Below, piece after piece: positions 27,893 through 36,947 of a DNA stretch of 64,000 nt; the stretch's first letter is position 1; every line of letters starts with the position of its first letter. Source of the DNA: Chloroherpetonaceae bacterium (GTDB lineage: Bacteria > Bacteroidota > Chlorobiia > Chlorobiales > Thermochlorobacteraceae); contig JANRJQ010000004.1 in the NCBI GenBank assembly GCA_033763895.1, positions 804,319 through 868,318 of the forward strand. The letters are read 5' to 3'. The notes beneath the pieces are model-generated. The model ran no database searches, was not told where the DNA came from, and saw only the letters and a list, made by a program, of their open reading frames with translations. The translations under genes were made by a program, and so were the position numbers.

Positions 27893-29710
27893 ATGACACT
27901 CTCAGCTTCCTCAAGCGATTCACCCTCGCGTGAAAACTTAAAAACAAAGGCTCTTGAAGTCTTGTACAAATTTTTTGGATATCGAGAGTTTCGCGGTGGG
28001 CAAGAATCCATTATTCTCGAAGTTCTTTCGAAGCACGATGTCCTTGGGGTCATGCCCACTGGTCAGGGAAAATCCGTTTGTTATCAAGTTCCGGCTTTTG
28101 TCTTAACGGGTACCGCCATTGTAATTTCACCGCTTCTTGCTCTTATGAAAGATCAAGTGGATGGCCTTAAAGCTCGAAATTACCCTGCTGAAGCGCTCAC
28201 CAGCCAAACACCACCGGCACAAAGCACCAAGATCATCTCCGATTTAGAAGAGGGGAAAGTTAAGCTCCTTTTTGTTTCACCGGAGCGGCTACAAAACGAG
28301 CGATTTCAATTGCTTTTGCGTTCGATATCAATTTCGTTTATCGCTGTCGATGAAGCACATTGCATCTCAGAATGGGGCTATGATTTTCGCCCAAGTTATC
28401 AGGCCATAGGGAGTACCTTATCGAAAATTTTTCCCTCGAAAAGACCAAATATTGTTGCCCTAACTGCAACAGCAACCCAAGAGGTTCTTCAAGACATCCA
28501 AAAATTTCTTTCACTTTTCAACCCTTTCTTTTATGTAGGAGGGTTTGAACGTACCAACCTTTCACTCTCTATCTTTGAAGTTGAAAATAAACGCGCCAAA
28601 TTGATGCAAATCCTCAAGGCCGTTCCGGGCTCAGCAATTGTGTATTCAATGAGCCGTAAGCTTGCCGAAGAAACTGCCTTTTATCTCAATCAAAATGGAT
28701 ACCGCGCAGCGTTTTACCACGCCGGACTTCCTGATGAAAAGCGTGCGGAAATTCAAGACGGATTTTTTTCTGGAAAATATCCCATCATTTGCTCTACCAA
28801 TGCTTTTGGAATGGGCATCAATAAAACCGATGTTCGCGTTGTTATTCACCTTGAGCCGCCAGATACCCTTGAAGCATACTATCAAGAGGCCGGCCGTGCA
28901 GGACGTGATGGGAAAAAAAGCTATGCGGTTCTTCTTTTTCAAGAGGCTGATATTGAACGCCGCAAAGTGCTCGTTTCATCTGCAACACCCACCGCACGCC
29001 AAGCATTATGTCTTTATCAAATGATTGCAAGCTGGTACAAACCAAACACCCCTAAGCCACTCAAACTCCATCTTGCCGGCGATCTTTTTTCTGTTCCAAG
29101 AGATTTTCTTTCGGAAATGCTTCATAAAGTACACCCACTTGATTTTCCTTCTGATTCATTTCCGCCTATTGATGCCATTTTTTCTTTTCTTGAGCGGATG
29201 GGGCTTTTAAAGAACCACACCTCAAATGCCGAAGGGGAAAAACTTCACTTTTTTGTCTCGCGAGAGTCGATGGAAGAATATCTTCAACGGCCTACCCTCC
29301 CTTCAGAACACAAAGTTTTTCAAGCGATTTTGCGATACTTTAGCCACTCCGTTTTTTTGGAATCAAAACCATTTTCGTTGGCGTCGTTTTCTGAAAAGTC
29401 CGGAATCCCTGCATCGATTTCCGTTGAAGTGTTTCAGCATTGGCGCAGCATCAATATGGCACATTTTGAAGCTCAAGATCTGCTTGAAGCCGAGCTTCTT
29501 CGTTTGCCAACCCCAGAAATTCTTAATGATGCCCGATGGCAATTTTTGGATCAACGCAGAACCGTTATCCTAAAGAAACTTGCCGCCGTCAGTTCTTATA
29601 TTCACTATCAGCGTTGCCGTCGAAATTATCTTTTGGATTATTTCGGCGAAGCTTATTACACCGAGCGCTGCGGGATTTGCGATAATTGCCTTGGTCGGCA
29701 CAATACTTAA
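27893..29710 (+). CDS. RecQ-family ATP-dependent DNA helicase (atypical C-terminal region)
   Basis: 605 aa. Motifs MPTGQGKS, VDEAHCISEWGYDFRPSY, LTATAT and YYQEAGRAGRDG. The Zn motif CRRNYLLDYFGE...CGICDNC lies at the extreme C-terminus. No obvious HRDC domain. Confidence 0.85.
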   Translation: MTLSASSSDSPSRENLKTKALEVLYKFFGYREFRGGQESIILEVLSKHDVLGVMPTGQGKSVCYQVPAFVLTGTAIVISPLLALMKDQVDGLKARNYPAEALTSQTPPAQSTKIISDLEEGKVKLLFVSPERLQNERFQLLLRSISISFIAVDEAHCISEWGYDFRPSYQAIGSTLSKIFPSKRPNIVALTATATQEVLQDIQKFLSLFNPFFYVGGFERTNLSLSIFEVENKRAKLMQILKAVPGSAIVYSMSRKLAEETAFYLNQNGYRAAFYHAGLPDEKRAEIQDGFFSGKYPIICSTNAFGMGINKTDVRVVIHLEPPDTLEAYYQEAGRAGRDGKKSYAVLLFQEADIERRKVLVSSATPTARQALCLYQMIASWYKPNTPKPLKLHLAGDLFSVPRDFLSEMLHKVHPLDFPSDSFPPIDAIFSFLERMGLLKNHTSNAEGEKLHFFVSRESMEEYLQRPTLPSEHKVFQAILRYFSHSVFLESKPFSLASFSEKSGIPASISVEVFQHWRSINMAHFEAQDLLEAELLRLPTPEILNDARWQFLDQRRTVILKKLAAVSSYIHYQRCRRNYLLDYFGEAYYTERCGICDNCLGRHNT

Positions 29711-29715
29711 ACATC

Positions 29716-30177
29716 ATGTTAACATCTCAGTTAGATTTTCGCGCAAGCCTAATCAGTTGCCTTTCAGGATGTGGGTTTTTTCCGCTCGCACTTTCAGTTG
29801 TTTCTTATTTCAAGTTCGATTCTTTTCTTTTACCCTTTCAGATCATAGCTTCTTTTGTATTGGGTCCATCCGTCATCTCGGCAGAAAGCAATGCTTCATT
29901 TCCCGTATTGGGTTATGCATTGCTCATATTAAGCTTATGGTGTTTTGCTTTCGGGTTTTTGACTCATTTTCTCTTGCATCGTTGGGGAATCCTCGTCGGC
30001 ATTGTGGGAGGCGCTTTATTGGGATTGTGCGCTTTCGCCATTACATTCAAAATGCTCCCGTATTTTTTTGAGTGGAGCCGCGCTTTCTTGCGACCTGCTT
30101 TTGCAGTTGCTTTTCTTGCCTTCGGTGCTTGGAGTGGGGGCGTTTACGAATCGTTGGAAGAAGAACCGGAGAATTAA
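29716..30177 (+). CDS. hypothetical small membrane protein
   Basis: The ORF runs from 29686, but I prefer the ATG at 29716 just after the recQ stop. 4-5 hydrophobic helices and an acidic tail. Confidence 0.45.
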   Translation: MLTSQLDFRASLISCLSGCGFFPLALSVVSYFKFDSFLLPFQIIASFVLGPSVISAESNASFPVLGYALLILSLWCFAFGFLTHFLLHRWGILVGIVGGALLGLCAFAITFKMLPYFFEWSRAFLRPAFAVAFLAFGAWSGGVYESLEEEPEN

Positions 30178-30230
30178 AATCTTATTGCCACATCATCCGG
30201 CTATCTGTGAAAAAGGCTTGGATTAGGTTT

Positions 30231-30815
30231 TCAGCTCCCTTTCTCTTTTAAGGCAACTTTTCGAATGACCTTCTCACAGCCTTTGGTCATCCAAGCGGCA
30301 ATTTCATTGTAAGAAGGCAATTTTGGCTTATTTTTTTTCGTTGAACGATCTCGATCTCCTTCCTTTTTTGAGCCGCTACCGACAAATAAAAACGCAATTT
30401 GCAGTATGCCTTGTATCCCTGCCGACTCTCCGCAGTTGTAAATCACTTCCTTCTGAAGACGAAAAGCTTCTCGCATTAAGCGTTTAATTCGATTGCGTCT
30501 TGTCGCTTTAGGCTCAATTCTTTTTCCCACACTAAAAAGTGCTTGTATTCGAAACAATTTCGATTGTTCAACTTTCAGTATTTGGGTTTCCTTTTCAACA
30601 TCCAATTGCGTTTCCATTAGGGAGGGGTTCTTCTCATTCATTCCCATTTTTTCAACATCGAGGCGTTTGATTCTGCAAAGCATTTTCACCCCGCCCTCCC
30701 TGTGCACTGCAACACTCGAAGCGTTTTTATCAAAGAGCATCTCAAGCTCCTTTTTTGAGCGAATGATTTCTTCCTTTGTTAGCCCTGCCACTTTGGTGTC
30801 TTTTGCTTTATTCAA
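30231..30815 (-). CDS. rnpA: ribonuclease P protein component (long form)
   Basis: RNR motif KATRRNRIKRLMREAFR, N-terminal IIRSKKELEMLF element, and a position directly downstream of rpmH. At 194 aa it is long for this family. Confidence 0.75.
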   Translation of the reverse strand: MNKAKDTKVAGLTKEEIIRSKKELEMLFDKNASSVAVHREGGVKMLCRIKRLDVEKMGMNEKNPSLMETQLDVEKETQILKVEQSKLFRIQALFSVGKRIEPKATRRNRIKRLMREAFRLQKEVIYNCGESAGIQGILQIAFLFVGSGSKKEGDRDRSTKKNKPKLPSYNEIAAWMTKGCEKVIRKVALKEKGS

Positions 30816-30981
30816 ATCCCATTAAGACTGCAATTGCTGATTGACCTCATCATTTGAACCTCCTTCAATTGAACCTCCTTCACTTTTATCTTCCAAAATC
30901 AATTTTGAGGAGGATTCCCTTTAAAACATTTTGATTGAGCATACTTTAATTCGAAATCAGTTCATAAATAATTTTTGAAAT

Positions 30982-31007
30982 AAAAAAAGGCGACTTCTAA
31001 GTCGCCT
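30982..31007 (-). terminator. rho-independent terminator/attenuator between rpmH and rnpA
   Basis: Minus-strand AGGCGACT-taga-AGTCGCCT followed by TTTTTTT, about 20 nt after the rpmH stop. Confidence 0.7.
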
Positions 31008-31028
31008 CGTAAACCTAAAAACTTCATT

Positions 31029-31184
31029 TTACTTAGGTTTATTCTCGTCACTGACCGTCAATTTATAACGGCCTTTCTTTCGGCGCATTGCCAAAACTTT
31101 GCGACCATTCTTTGTCGCCATTCTCGAGCGAAAGCCGTGCTTGTTGCGACGCTTCCGGTTATGCGGTTGATATGTACGTTTCAT
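31029..31184 (-). CDS. rpmH: 50S ribosomal protein L34
   Basis: Hand-translated 51 aa: [51 protein letters not shown]. It falls below the ORF-track length cutoff. Confidence 0.95.
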   Translation of the reverse strand: MKRTYQPHNRKRRNKHGFRSRMATKNGRKVLAMRRKKGRYKLTVSDENKPK

Positions 31185-31805
31185 CGTTTGTTAGGTTTCA
31201 GTGTTAATTTTTTTCTGCGGGCAATATCCCATTCCAATATGTTTTCAAACTGTCTCTCTGTAACGAATCATCCAAAAATCTTAGATTTTTTTCGCGTGAG
31301 AAATGCACGCACTTTTTAGGCCGAGTATTTCAGAAAAGAGCGCAAACTTACCACAGTTTTTTTTAAAAAACAAGTTTGACTCATTATATCTTTATTGTAT
31401 TATTGTCCCCTCATTTCGAGGTCACACCGCTTCGTTTTTTTCACTTTGTCGGTTCATCTTTTCCTTTTGGGCTATCAAGCTCTTGGGGAAGTGTCGCCTC
31501 TTGTCAATTCAGAGCGCGAGAGTGATTCATACAAATGGCTTTTTATGCTTCGATAGCAGGATGCGATATATTCACAATTGAATTTGAATTTGTCTTTCGA
31601 GAGTCTTGTTTTTTTCTTTTGATTCGTACTATTTACTTTCTCTTTTTTGGTAATCTCTGTTTTTTAAGGTGCAATATCGCTGATTTCACAACTGCATTTT
31701 TTGAATTGTTGTCAGCGCTCATTTTTGGGTGATTTCGGCGTGATTTTTGAAATTTTTTATCGAATTTTCGAAAAAATAAGCCAAGAATCATTAACGGGAA
31801 AAAAA

Positions 31806-31842
31806 TGTGGATAACTTGTGGATAGATGTGGAGAATTCCACA
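31806..31842. promoter_or_regulatory. cluster of DnaA boxes
   Basis: TGTGGATAA (31806-31814) is a perfect reverse complement of TTATCCACA. TGTGGATAG (31817-31825) has 1 mismatch and TGTGGAGAA (31827-31835) has 1. A weak inverted AATTCCACA follows, forming TGTGG-agaatt-CCACA. Confidence 0.65.
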
Positions 31843-32039
31843 TCCCCAATCTCCAATAAACTTCCGTTATTCTAATGTTACGGCAATGTTACTGCTTCGT
31901 TTCGCCTAAGTCTCGGTGAATTCGGTACTTACGCGTTTTCCTTGGCTTGAAAACGCATTATTTTTGGGCACTTGTCAACTGTATTCTTTATCAATATTAG
32001 CCAAAAGAGTCGCTTATTGCCGCAAGCCTATGTGGATAA

Positions 32040-32048
32040 AGCCTTTTT
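32040..32048. promoter_or_regulatory. perfect DnaA box 134 nt upstream of dnaA start
   Basis: TGTGGATAA at 32040-32048. Confidence 0.55.
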
Positions 32049-32181
32049 TAAGGAGAAATTCCATAGAGGTTAATGAAAATGCGACTCTTTGAGCATACAA
32101 TTCTCTATCTCTTCGATTGATGTGCTTTTGCACTCAAGGATGAGTAATAAAAATTTGAAAGTTTAGGATCCTTCATTCATA

Positions 32182-33942
32182 ATGGCTGAAAAACCAACTT
32201 CTTCGCTGATGAAAATCGGCCTCGAAATCTCTTCCTCTGCCCCATTGCCTTCGGGGTCGGAGTCGCCTTCCCTTTCGTCAAAATCCGCTTCGGCAAAGTC
32301 CGACCGCCAAAAAAAGGATCCGCTTCAAATTTCTTTGGAAATTCCACCTGCTGAATCTTCTCAGACACATGAATCCATTGAAGACCAAAAGTCAAACGAG
32401 ACGACACCTAAAACGCCATCGCTTGTAAATGCCACGGGATCCACACAAAAAGAAATAAACCAACCGTATCAGCCATTGCACTTAAAGCCCTCTGCGGAAC
32501 AAATTGCGGATCCTTTGGCGTCAAGCCGCACAGCCTCCGAGGTTTGGAATCAGTGCCTTGATTTCTTGCGCGATAACCTCAATCCTCAAGCCTTCAGCAC
32601 TTGGTTCGAACCCATCACGGCCGTCTCTCTTGTTGGTGAAGAACTTACCGTGCAAGTGAAAAGCCATTTTATTTATGAATTCATCGAAGAAAATTATTAC
32701 AACATTCTTCGCAGCAGTTTAATCAAGTTTGTGGGGCCCGGGGCAAAAATGCTTTACTCCGTTGAAGTGGTCAAGACGCAAGACCAAATGCCTTCCGTCA
32801 CGCTCACTTTACCACAGCAACATATCGAACAGCAATCGGAGCTTACACCTTATCGCATTTCGCAAAATCGGAAAATTTCTGAGCTGTTTCGCGCCAATGT
32901 CGAGCGGTTTCAAAGCTACCTGAACCCAAAGTATAGTTTCGATAACTACATCAAGGGCGATTGCAATGTTTTGGCCTACGCCGCTGCAAAATCTGTGGCT
33001 GAAAACCCCGGAAATAACAGCTATAACCCGCTTTTTATTTACGGCGGAGTCGGGCTGGGTAAAACCCACTTAATCCAATCTATTGGCAATTATGCTCGTG
33101 CAAAACAAAAGGCTGAGTTCGTGCTTTATGTTTCAAGCGAAAAATTCACTATCGATTTTGTAAGCGCCATTCAGAACGACCGAATTCGGGAATTTGCCGA
33201 GTTCTATCGCAGTATTGATTTGCTTATAATCGATGACATTCAATTCTTTGCCGGAAAAGAAAAAACGCAGGAAGAAATTTTTCACATCTTCAATGCCCTT
33301 TTTCAATCCAATAAACAAATTGTGCTCTCAAGCGATCGTCCGTTAAAAGATATTCGCGATATCGAAGAACGCCTTCTTTCACGCTTTGCTTCCGGTCTTT
33401 CAGCCGATTTGCAACTGCCCGATTATGAAACGCGGCTTGCCATCTTAAACCGCAAAAGCGAAGAACACGGCATCACCCTTGCGCGAGATGTCTCGCAATT
33501 CATTTGTACCAATGTCAATAGCAACATTCGTGAAATGGAAGGTTGCCTTATTAAACTCCTTGCCACGGCTTCGATTTCAGGGCAAGAAATCGATCTTGCG
33601 CTCGCAAAAAATGCCTTACGTGATATCATCAGAGAAAAAAGCAAGACCGTAACGCTTGAAATGATTGAAAAAGTCGTTGCCGATTATTTCGGACTCTCTG
33701 CCAATGACCTCAAAGGAAAATCGCGTAAACAGGAAATTGCGGAAGCTCGTCAAGTGGCAATGTTCCTTTCGAAAAATCAAACCGGTAAAACCCTTAAAAC
33801 AATTGGCCTTCACTTCGGCGGCCGCGATCACACCACCGTCATGCATGCCGTTTCGACCATTGAGTCTAAGCTCAATTCTTCTTTTGAAACCCGCCAAACG
33901 GTTGATGAACTTCGCAGAAGGCTTGATATCATCTCGCTTTAA
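32182..33942 (+). CDS. dnaA: chromosomal replication initiator protein DnaA (with long N-terminal low-complexity extension, start uncertain)
   Basis: Domain I-like EVWNQCLDFLRDNLNPQAFSTWFEPI begins at about residue 120. AAA+ Walker A GGVGLGKTHL and Walker B LLIIDDIQF. C-terminal DNA-binding region (QVAMFLSK...GGRDHTTVMHA). Confidence 0.92.
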   Translation: MAEKPTSSLMKIGLEISSSAPLPSGSESPSLSSKSASAKSDRQKKDPLQISLEIPPAESSQTHESIEDQKSNETTPKTPSLVNATGSTQKEINQPYQPLHLKPSAEQIADPLASSRTASEVWNQCLDFLRDNLNPQAFSTWFEPITAVSLVGEELTVQVKSHFIYEFIEENYYNILRSSLIKFVGPGAKMLYSVEVVKTQDQMPSVTLTLPQQHIEQQSELTPYRISQNRKISELFRANVERFQSYLNPKYSFDNYIKGDCNVLAYAAAKSVAENPGNNSYNPLFIYGGVGLGKTHLIQSIGNYARAKQKAEFVLYVSSEKFTIDFVSAIQNDRIREFAEFYRSIDLLIIDDIQFFAGKEKTQEEIFHIFNALFQSNKQIVLSSDRPLKDIRDIEERLLSRFASGLSADLQLPDYETRLAILNRKSEEHGITLARDVSQFICTNVNSNIREMEGCLIKLLATASISGQEIDLALAKNALRDIIREKSKTVTLEMIEKVVADYFGLSANDLKGKSRKQEIAEARQVAMFLSKNQTGKTLKTIGLHFGGRDHTTVMHAVSTIESKLNSSFETRQTVDELRRRLDIISL

Positions 33943-34241
33943 CAATCAATTGATTGTGGCCATTTCGCCGAAGCGTTTGCTTTCCATCCCATTCACCTCC
34001 ATTCAGATTAAACAATCATTGTTTCCCTTTTTGCTATTTTCGTTTTTCGATCTTTCCCGAAATGGTTTTCATTTTGGGACTTCTGCTTATAACTTTTTAC
34101 TTAATTCGAAGAATTAACGATTTCCTCTCGTTGAAGCGTTCTTTGAATGATGTTTTGGATACCTTTAACGAATCCTTAGGTATTTGATGGGCTTTGATAT
34201 TTGCTTTCGCATTTACATTTTTGAAAAACTCTGACCAACAA

Positions 34242-36701
34242 ATGGATTTATTTTCTCAACCCGTTGCCGCCTCACCGGAAAGTTCTCCCGAGCTGACCAA
34301 TGAAGAGGCAAAAAAGCTCTCTCTAGCCGCCGGGTTTCTTTCGAATGAATTGCTTTATGGAAAAGATTCAGAAGAAAATATTATCGCTGTTTCTACCCTT
34401 AACGATACACATATCCGCGTCTATAAACGAGATCGTTCCGGAAGCCTGATCCACCGAGATGACCCCTGTTATCCATTTTTCTTTCTATCCAAACACGGGT
34501 TTTTGAAAGACTTCCGCTCGGCTGATGGTTTTTGGTTGAAAGATCTCGAAGGCAATAATTATTACAAGCATCTGGCCATTTTTAGAAGTTGGAAGGAATA
34601 CCGTGCCGCTCAAGACTATGTTGCCGATACGAAGCGTCGGTTAAACCCAAAAGAAACCTTGGTAAGCGATGAAGATGGATTCGGGAATCGTGTAGAAGAA
34701 ATTTATGCCAAAGGTGACGCCTCTTCTCAATACCTTTTCCAATCAGGGAAAACGCTCTTCAAAGGGATGACTTTTCAAGATTTGCGCCGATTACAGTTGG
34801 ATATCGAAACCTACTGGAAGCCCGAAGCCACTCGTTCCGGAAAAATTGAAATCGGTAAAGATCCAATCATCATTGTCTCCCTTTCCGATAGCTCCGGTTG
34901 GGAAAAAGTCATTCACACAAAAGCACAAAGTGAAAAGGCCTTATTGCTTGAACTCATTGAAATCATTAAAGAGCGCGACCCCGATGTCATTGAAGGTCAT
35001 AACATTTTCAGTTTCGATTTACCTTACATTCAACGCCGCTGTGAACTTAATGGGGTTCGCTTTACCATAGGTCGCGATGGCTCCCTCCCACGCAGCTATC
35101 CGGCAAGCATTCGATTTGCCGAGCGCACCATCGATTACCCCTACTGCGAAATCGCCGGCCGTCATGTGGTGGATACTTTGTTTCTGGTTCAATATTTTGA
35201 TTCCGTCAAGCGGGCAATGCCTAGCTATAGCCTCAAAGAATCCGCCAAGTACTTCGGATTTGCTTCTGATTCCCGCACATACATTGCTCACGAAGACATC
35301 GCCCATACGTGGGATACCAATCCTGAGAAGCTTCTGAATTATGCGCTCGATGATGTTCGTGAAGCCGGAAAACTTTCCGAACTCCTTTCGGGGAGCAATT
35401 TTTATATGACCCAAATGATGCCCTTTTCCTACGGACAGGTTTCGAGAATGGGCCCTGCGGCAAAGATTGAAGCCCTCTTTGTTCGCGAATACTTGCGGCA
35501 AAAGCACTCACTTCCTCGGCCTCAAATCGGGCAGCAGGAGTCGGGCGGGTTTACCGAAGTTTTTCTTAAAGGAATTTTAGGTCCAATCGTTTATGCCGAT
35601 GTCGAATCGCTTTATCCATCCATTATGCTCACTTTTGATATTTGCCCAAAGTCAGATGAGCGAAAACTTTTTCCTAAAATTCTTAAAGACCTAAAAGAAC
35701 TTCGCTTTACCGCGAAACGCCGCGCCAAAACTTCCTCCGAAAAAGCCGAGCGTGACCTTTATGATGCAATGCAGAATTCCTTCAAGATTCTCATCAACGC
35801 AATGTATGGCTACCTTGGGTTTCGAGCAGGAATCTTTAATGATTATGCCGAAGCCGACCGGGTTACAACCAAAGGCCAAGAAATCGCCAAAAAAATGATT
35901 GTTGAATTCGAAAAACGCGGAAGCCGCGTGGTGGAAGTTGATACCGATGGAATTCTTTTAATTCCCCCTCCCAACGTTCAAGGTGAAGACGATGAACGCG
36001 CTTTGGTGAAATCAGTTTCCGACACAATGCCCGAAGGGATTTCAATCGCTTACGATGGTCGATTCAAAAAAATGATTTCTTATATGAAGAAGAACTATGT
36101 TCTTCAATCGTATGACGGCAAATTGAAAATCAAAGGGTCGTCCCTTGTTTCACGTAGCGGAGAAAAATTTGGCCGAGAGTTTGTCAAAAAGGGGTTCCAA
36201 CATCTGCTTGATTTCGATATCGTGGGGCTGCATCAACTCTTTATTCACACCCGCGAGCGAATTATCAAAAAAGAAATGGATGTCTCGGAATTCAGTCGAA
36301 CCGAAAGCCTCAAGGAATCAATGGATGAATACAAACTTGGTGTTAAAAATGGTAAGCCGAAACGAATCACTTATGAAGTTTTGATTCGTGCAAAAAAAGT
36401 TGCTTCAAAAGGTGACCGTGTGACCTACTACCTTTCAGGTTCCGGAATTATCGGAAATAACGCAGAAAAAGGAAAACTTTCATCGGAGTGGAATAAAGAC
36501 AAGCCTGATCAAAACATCGACTTTTACCTGCGCAGACTTGACGAATTCACCGATAAGTTTAAGCCTTTCTTCAAGCCCTCGGATTTCAGCCGAATTTTCA
36601 CCGCCGATGAGCTTTTTGGATTTACACCTGAGGGAATCGAATTGATTACAGAAATTCAAAATCGCGATAGTTCTGAAATCGATGATGAAGTTCCCTTTTA
36701 G
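34242..36701 (+). CDS. polB: family B DNA polymerase (Pol II-like)
   Basis: ExoI LQLDIETY, Exo[12 protein letters not shown], ExoIII YALDDV, motif [11 protein letters not shown], motif [13 protein letters not shown], motif C VEVDTDG. The ORF track starts at TTG 34194, but ATG 34242 (MDLFSQP) is more likely. Confidence 0.88.
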   Translation: MDLFSQPVAASPESSPELTNEEAKKLSLAAGFLSNELLYGKDSEENIIAVSTLNDTHIRVYKRDRSGSLIHRDDPCYPFFFLSKHGFLKDFRSADGFWLKDLEGNNYYKHLAIFRSWKEYRAAQDYVADTKRRLNPKETLVSDEDGFGNRVEEIYAKGDASSQYLFQSGKTLFKGMTFQDLRRLQLDIETYWKPEATRSGKIEIGKDPIIIVSLSDSSGWEKVIHTKAQSEKALLLELIEIIKERDPDVIEGHNIFSFDLPYIQRRCELNGVRFTIGRDGSLPRSYPASIRFAERTIDYPYCEIAGRHVVDTLFLVQYFDSVKRAMPSYSLKESAKYFGFASDSRTYIAHEDIAHTWDTNPEKLLNYALDDVREAGKLSELLSGSNFYMTQMMPFSYGQVSRMGPAAKIEALFVREYLRQKHSLPRPQIGQQESGGFTEVFLKGILGPIVYADVESLYPSIMLTFDICPKSDERKLFPKILKDLKELRFTAKRRAKTSSEKAERDLYDAMQNSFKILINAMYGYLGFRAGIFNDYAEADRVTTKGQEIAKKMIVEFEKRGSRVVEVDTDGILLIPPPNVQGEDDERALVKSVSDTMPEGISIAYDGRFKKMISYMKKNYVLQSYDGKLKIKGSSLVSRSGEKFGREFVKKGFQHLLDFDIVGLHQLFIHTRERIIKKEMDVSEFSRTESLKESMDEYKLGVKNGKPKRITYEVLIRAKKVASKGDRVTYYLSGSGIIGNNAEKGKLSSEWNKDKPDQNIDFYLRRLDEFTDKFKPFFKPSDFSRIFTADELFGFTPEGIELITEIQNRDSSEIDDEVPF

Positions 36702-36947
36702 CGTTCTTCTACATTTGAAATGCCCTTTCGGGTGTCAAGTCCGCTTTTTTATTTTGCCGAGTGTTTCAAGTTATTGGTTACTTATTCACAAGTCATAATT
36801 TTACTTGGTTTGATTCATTTATTCATTTTGACTGTTCTTTTCTCTGAAGAGACACTTTTTTTTGATTAAATTACCCTTGTAAATAATCCGTATTCATTAA
36901 TTCCATCTGAATTTTTTACCCTTTTGTTTCAAAAGGGAATTTGATTT

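Larger units (their letters stand above)
31185..32181. other. candidate chromosomal replication origin region (rpmH / dnaA divergent spacer)
   Basis: A gene-free AT-rich spacer of about 1 kb between divergent rpmH and dnaA. It contains a DnaA-box cluster and AT-rich runs (31350-31410, 31590-31800). Confidence 0.45.

Noticed and set aside
31137-31732. ORFs 31137-31319, 31303-31581 and 31535-31732 in the rpmH-dnaA spacer
   Set aside because: They are Phe/Leu/Ile-rich translations of AT-rich non-coding DNA. The first overlaps rpmH antisense. The region is better explained as an origin or regulatory spacer.
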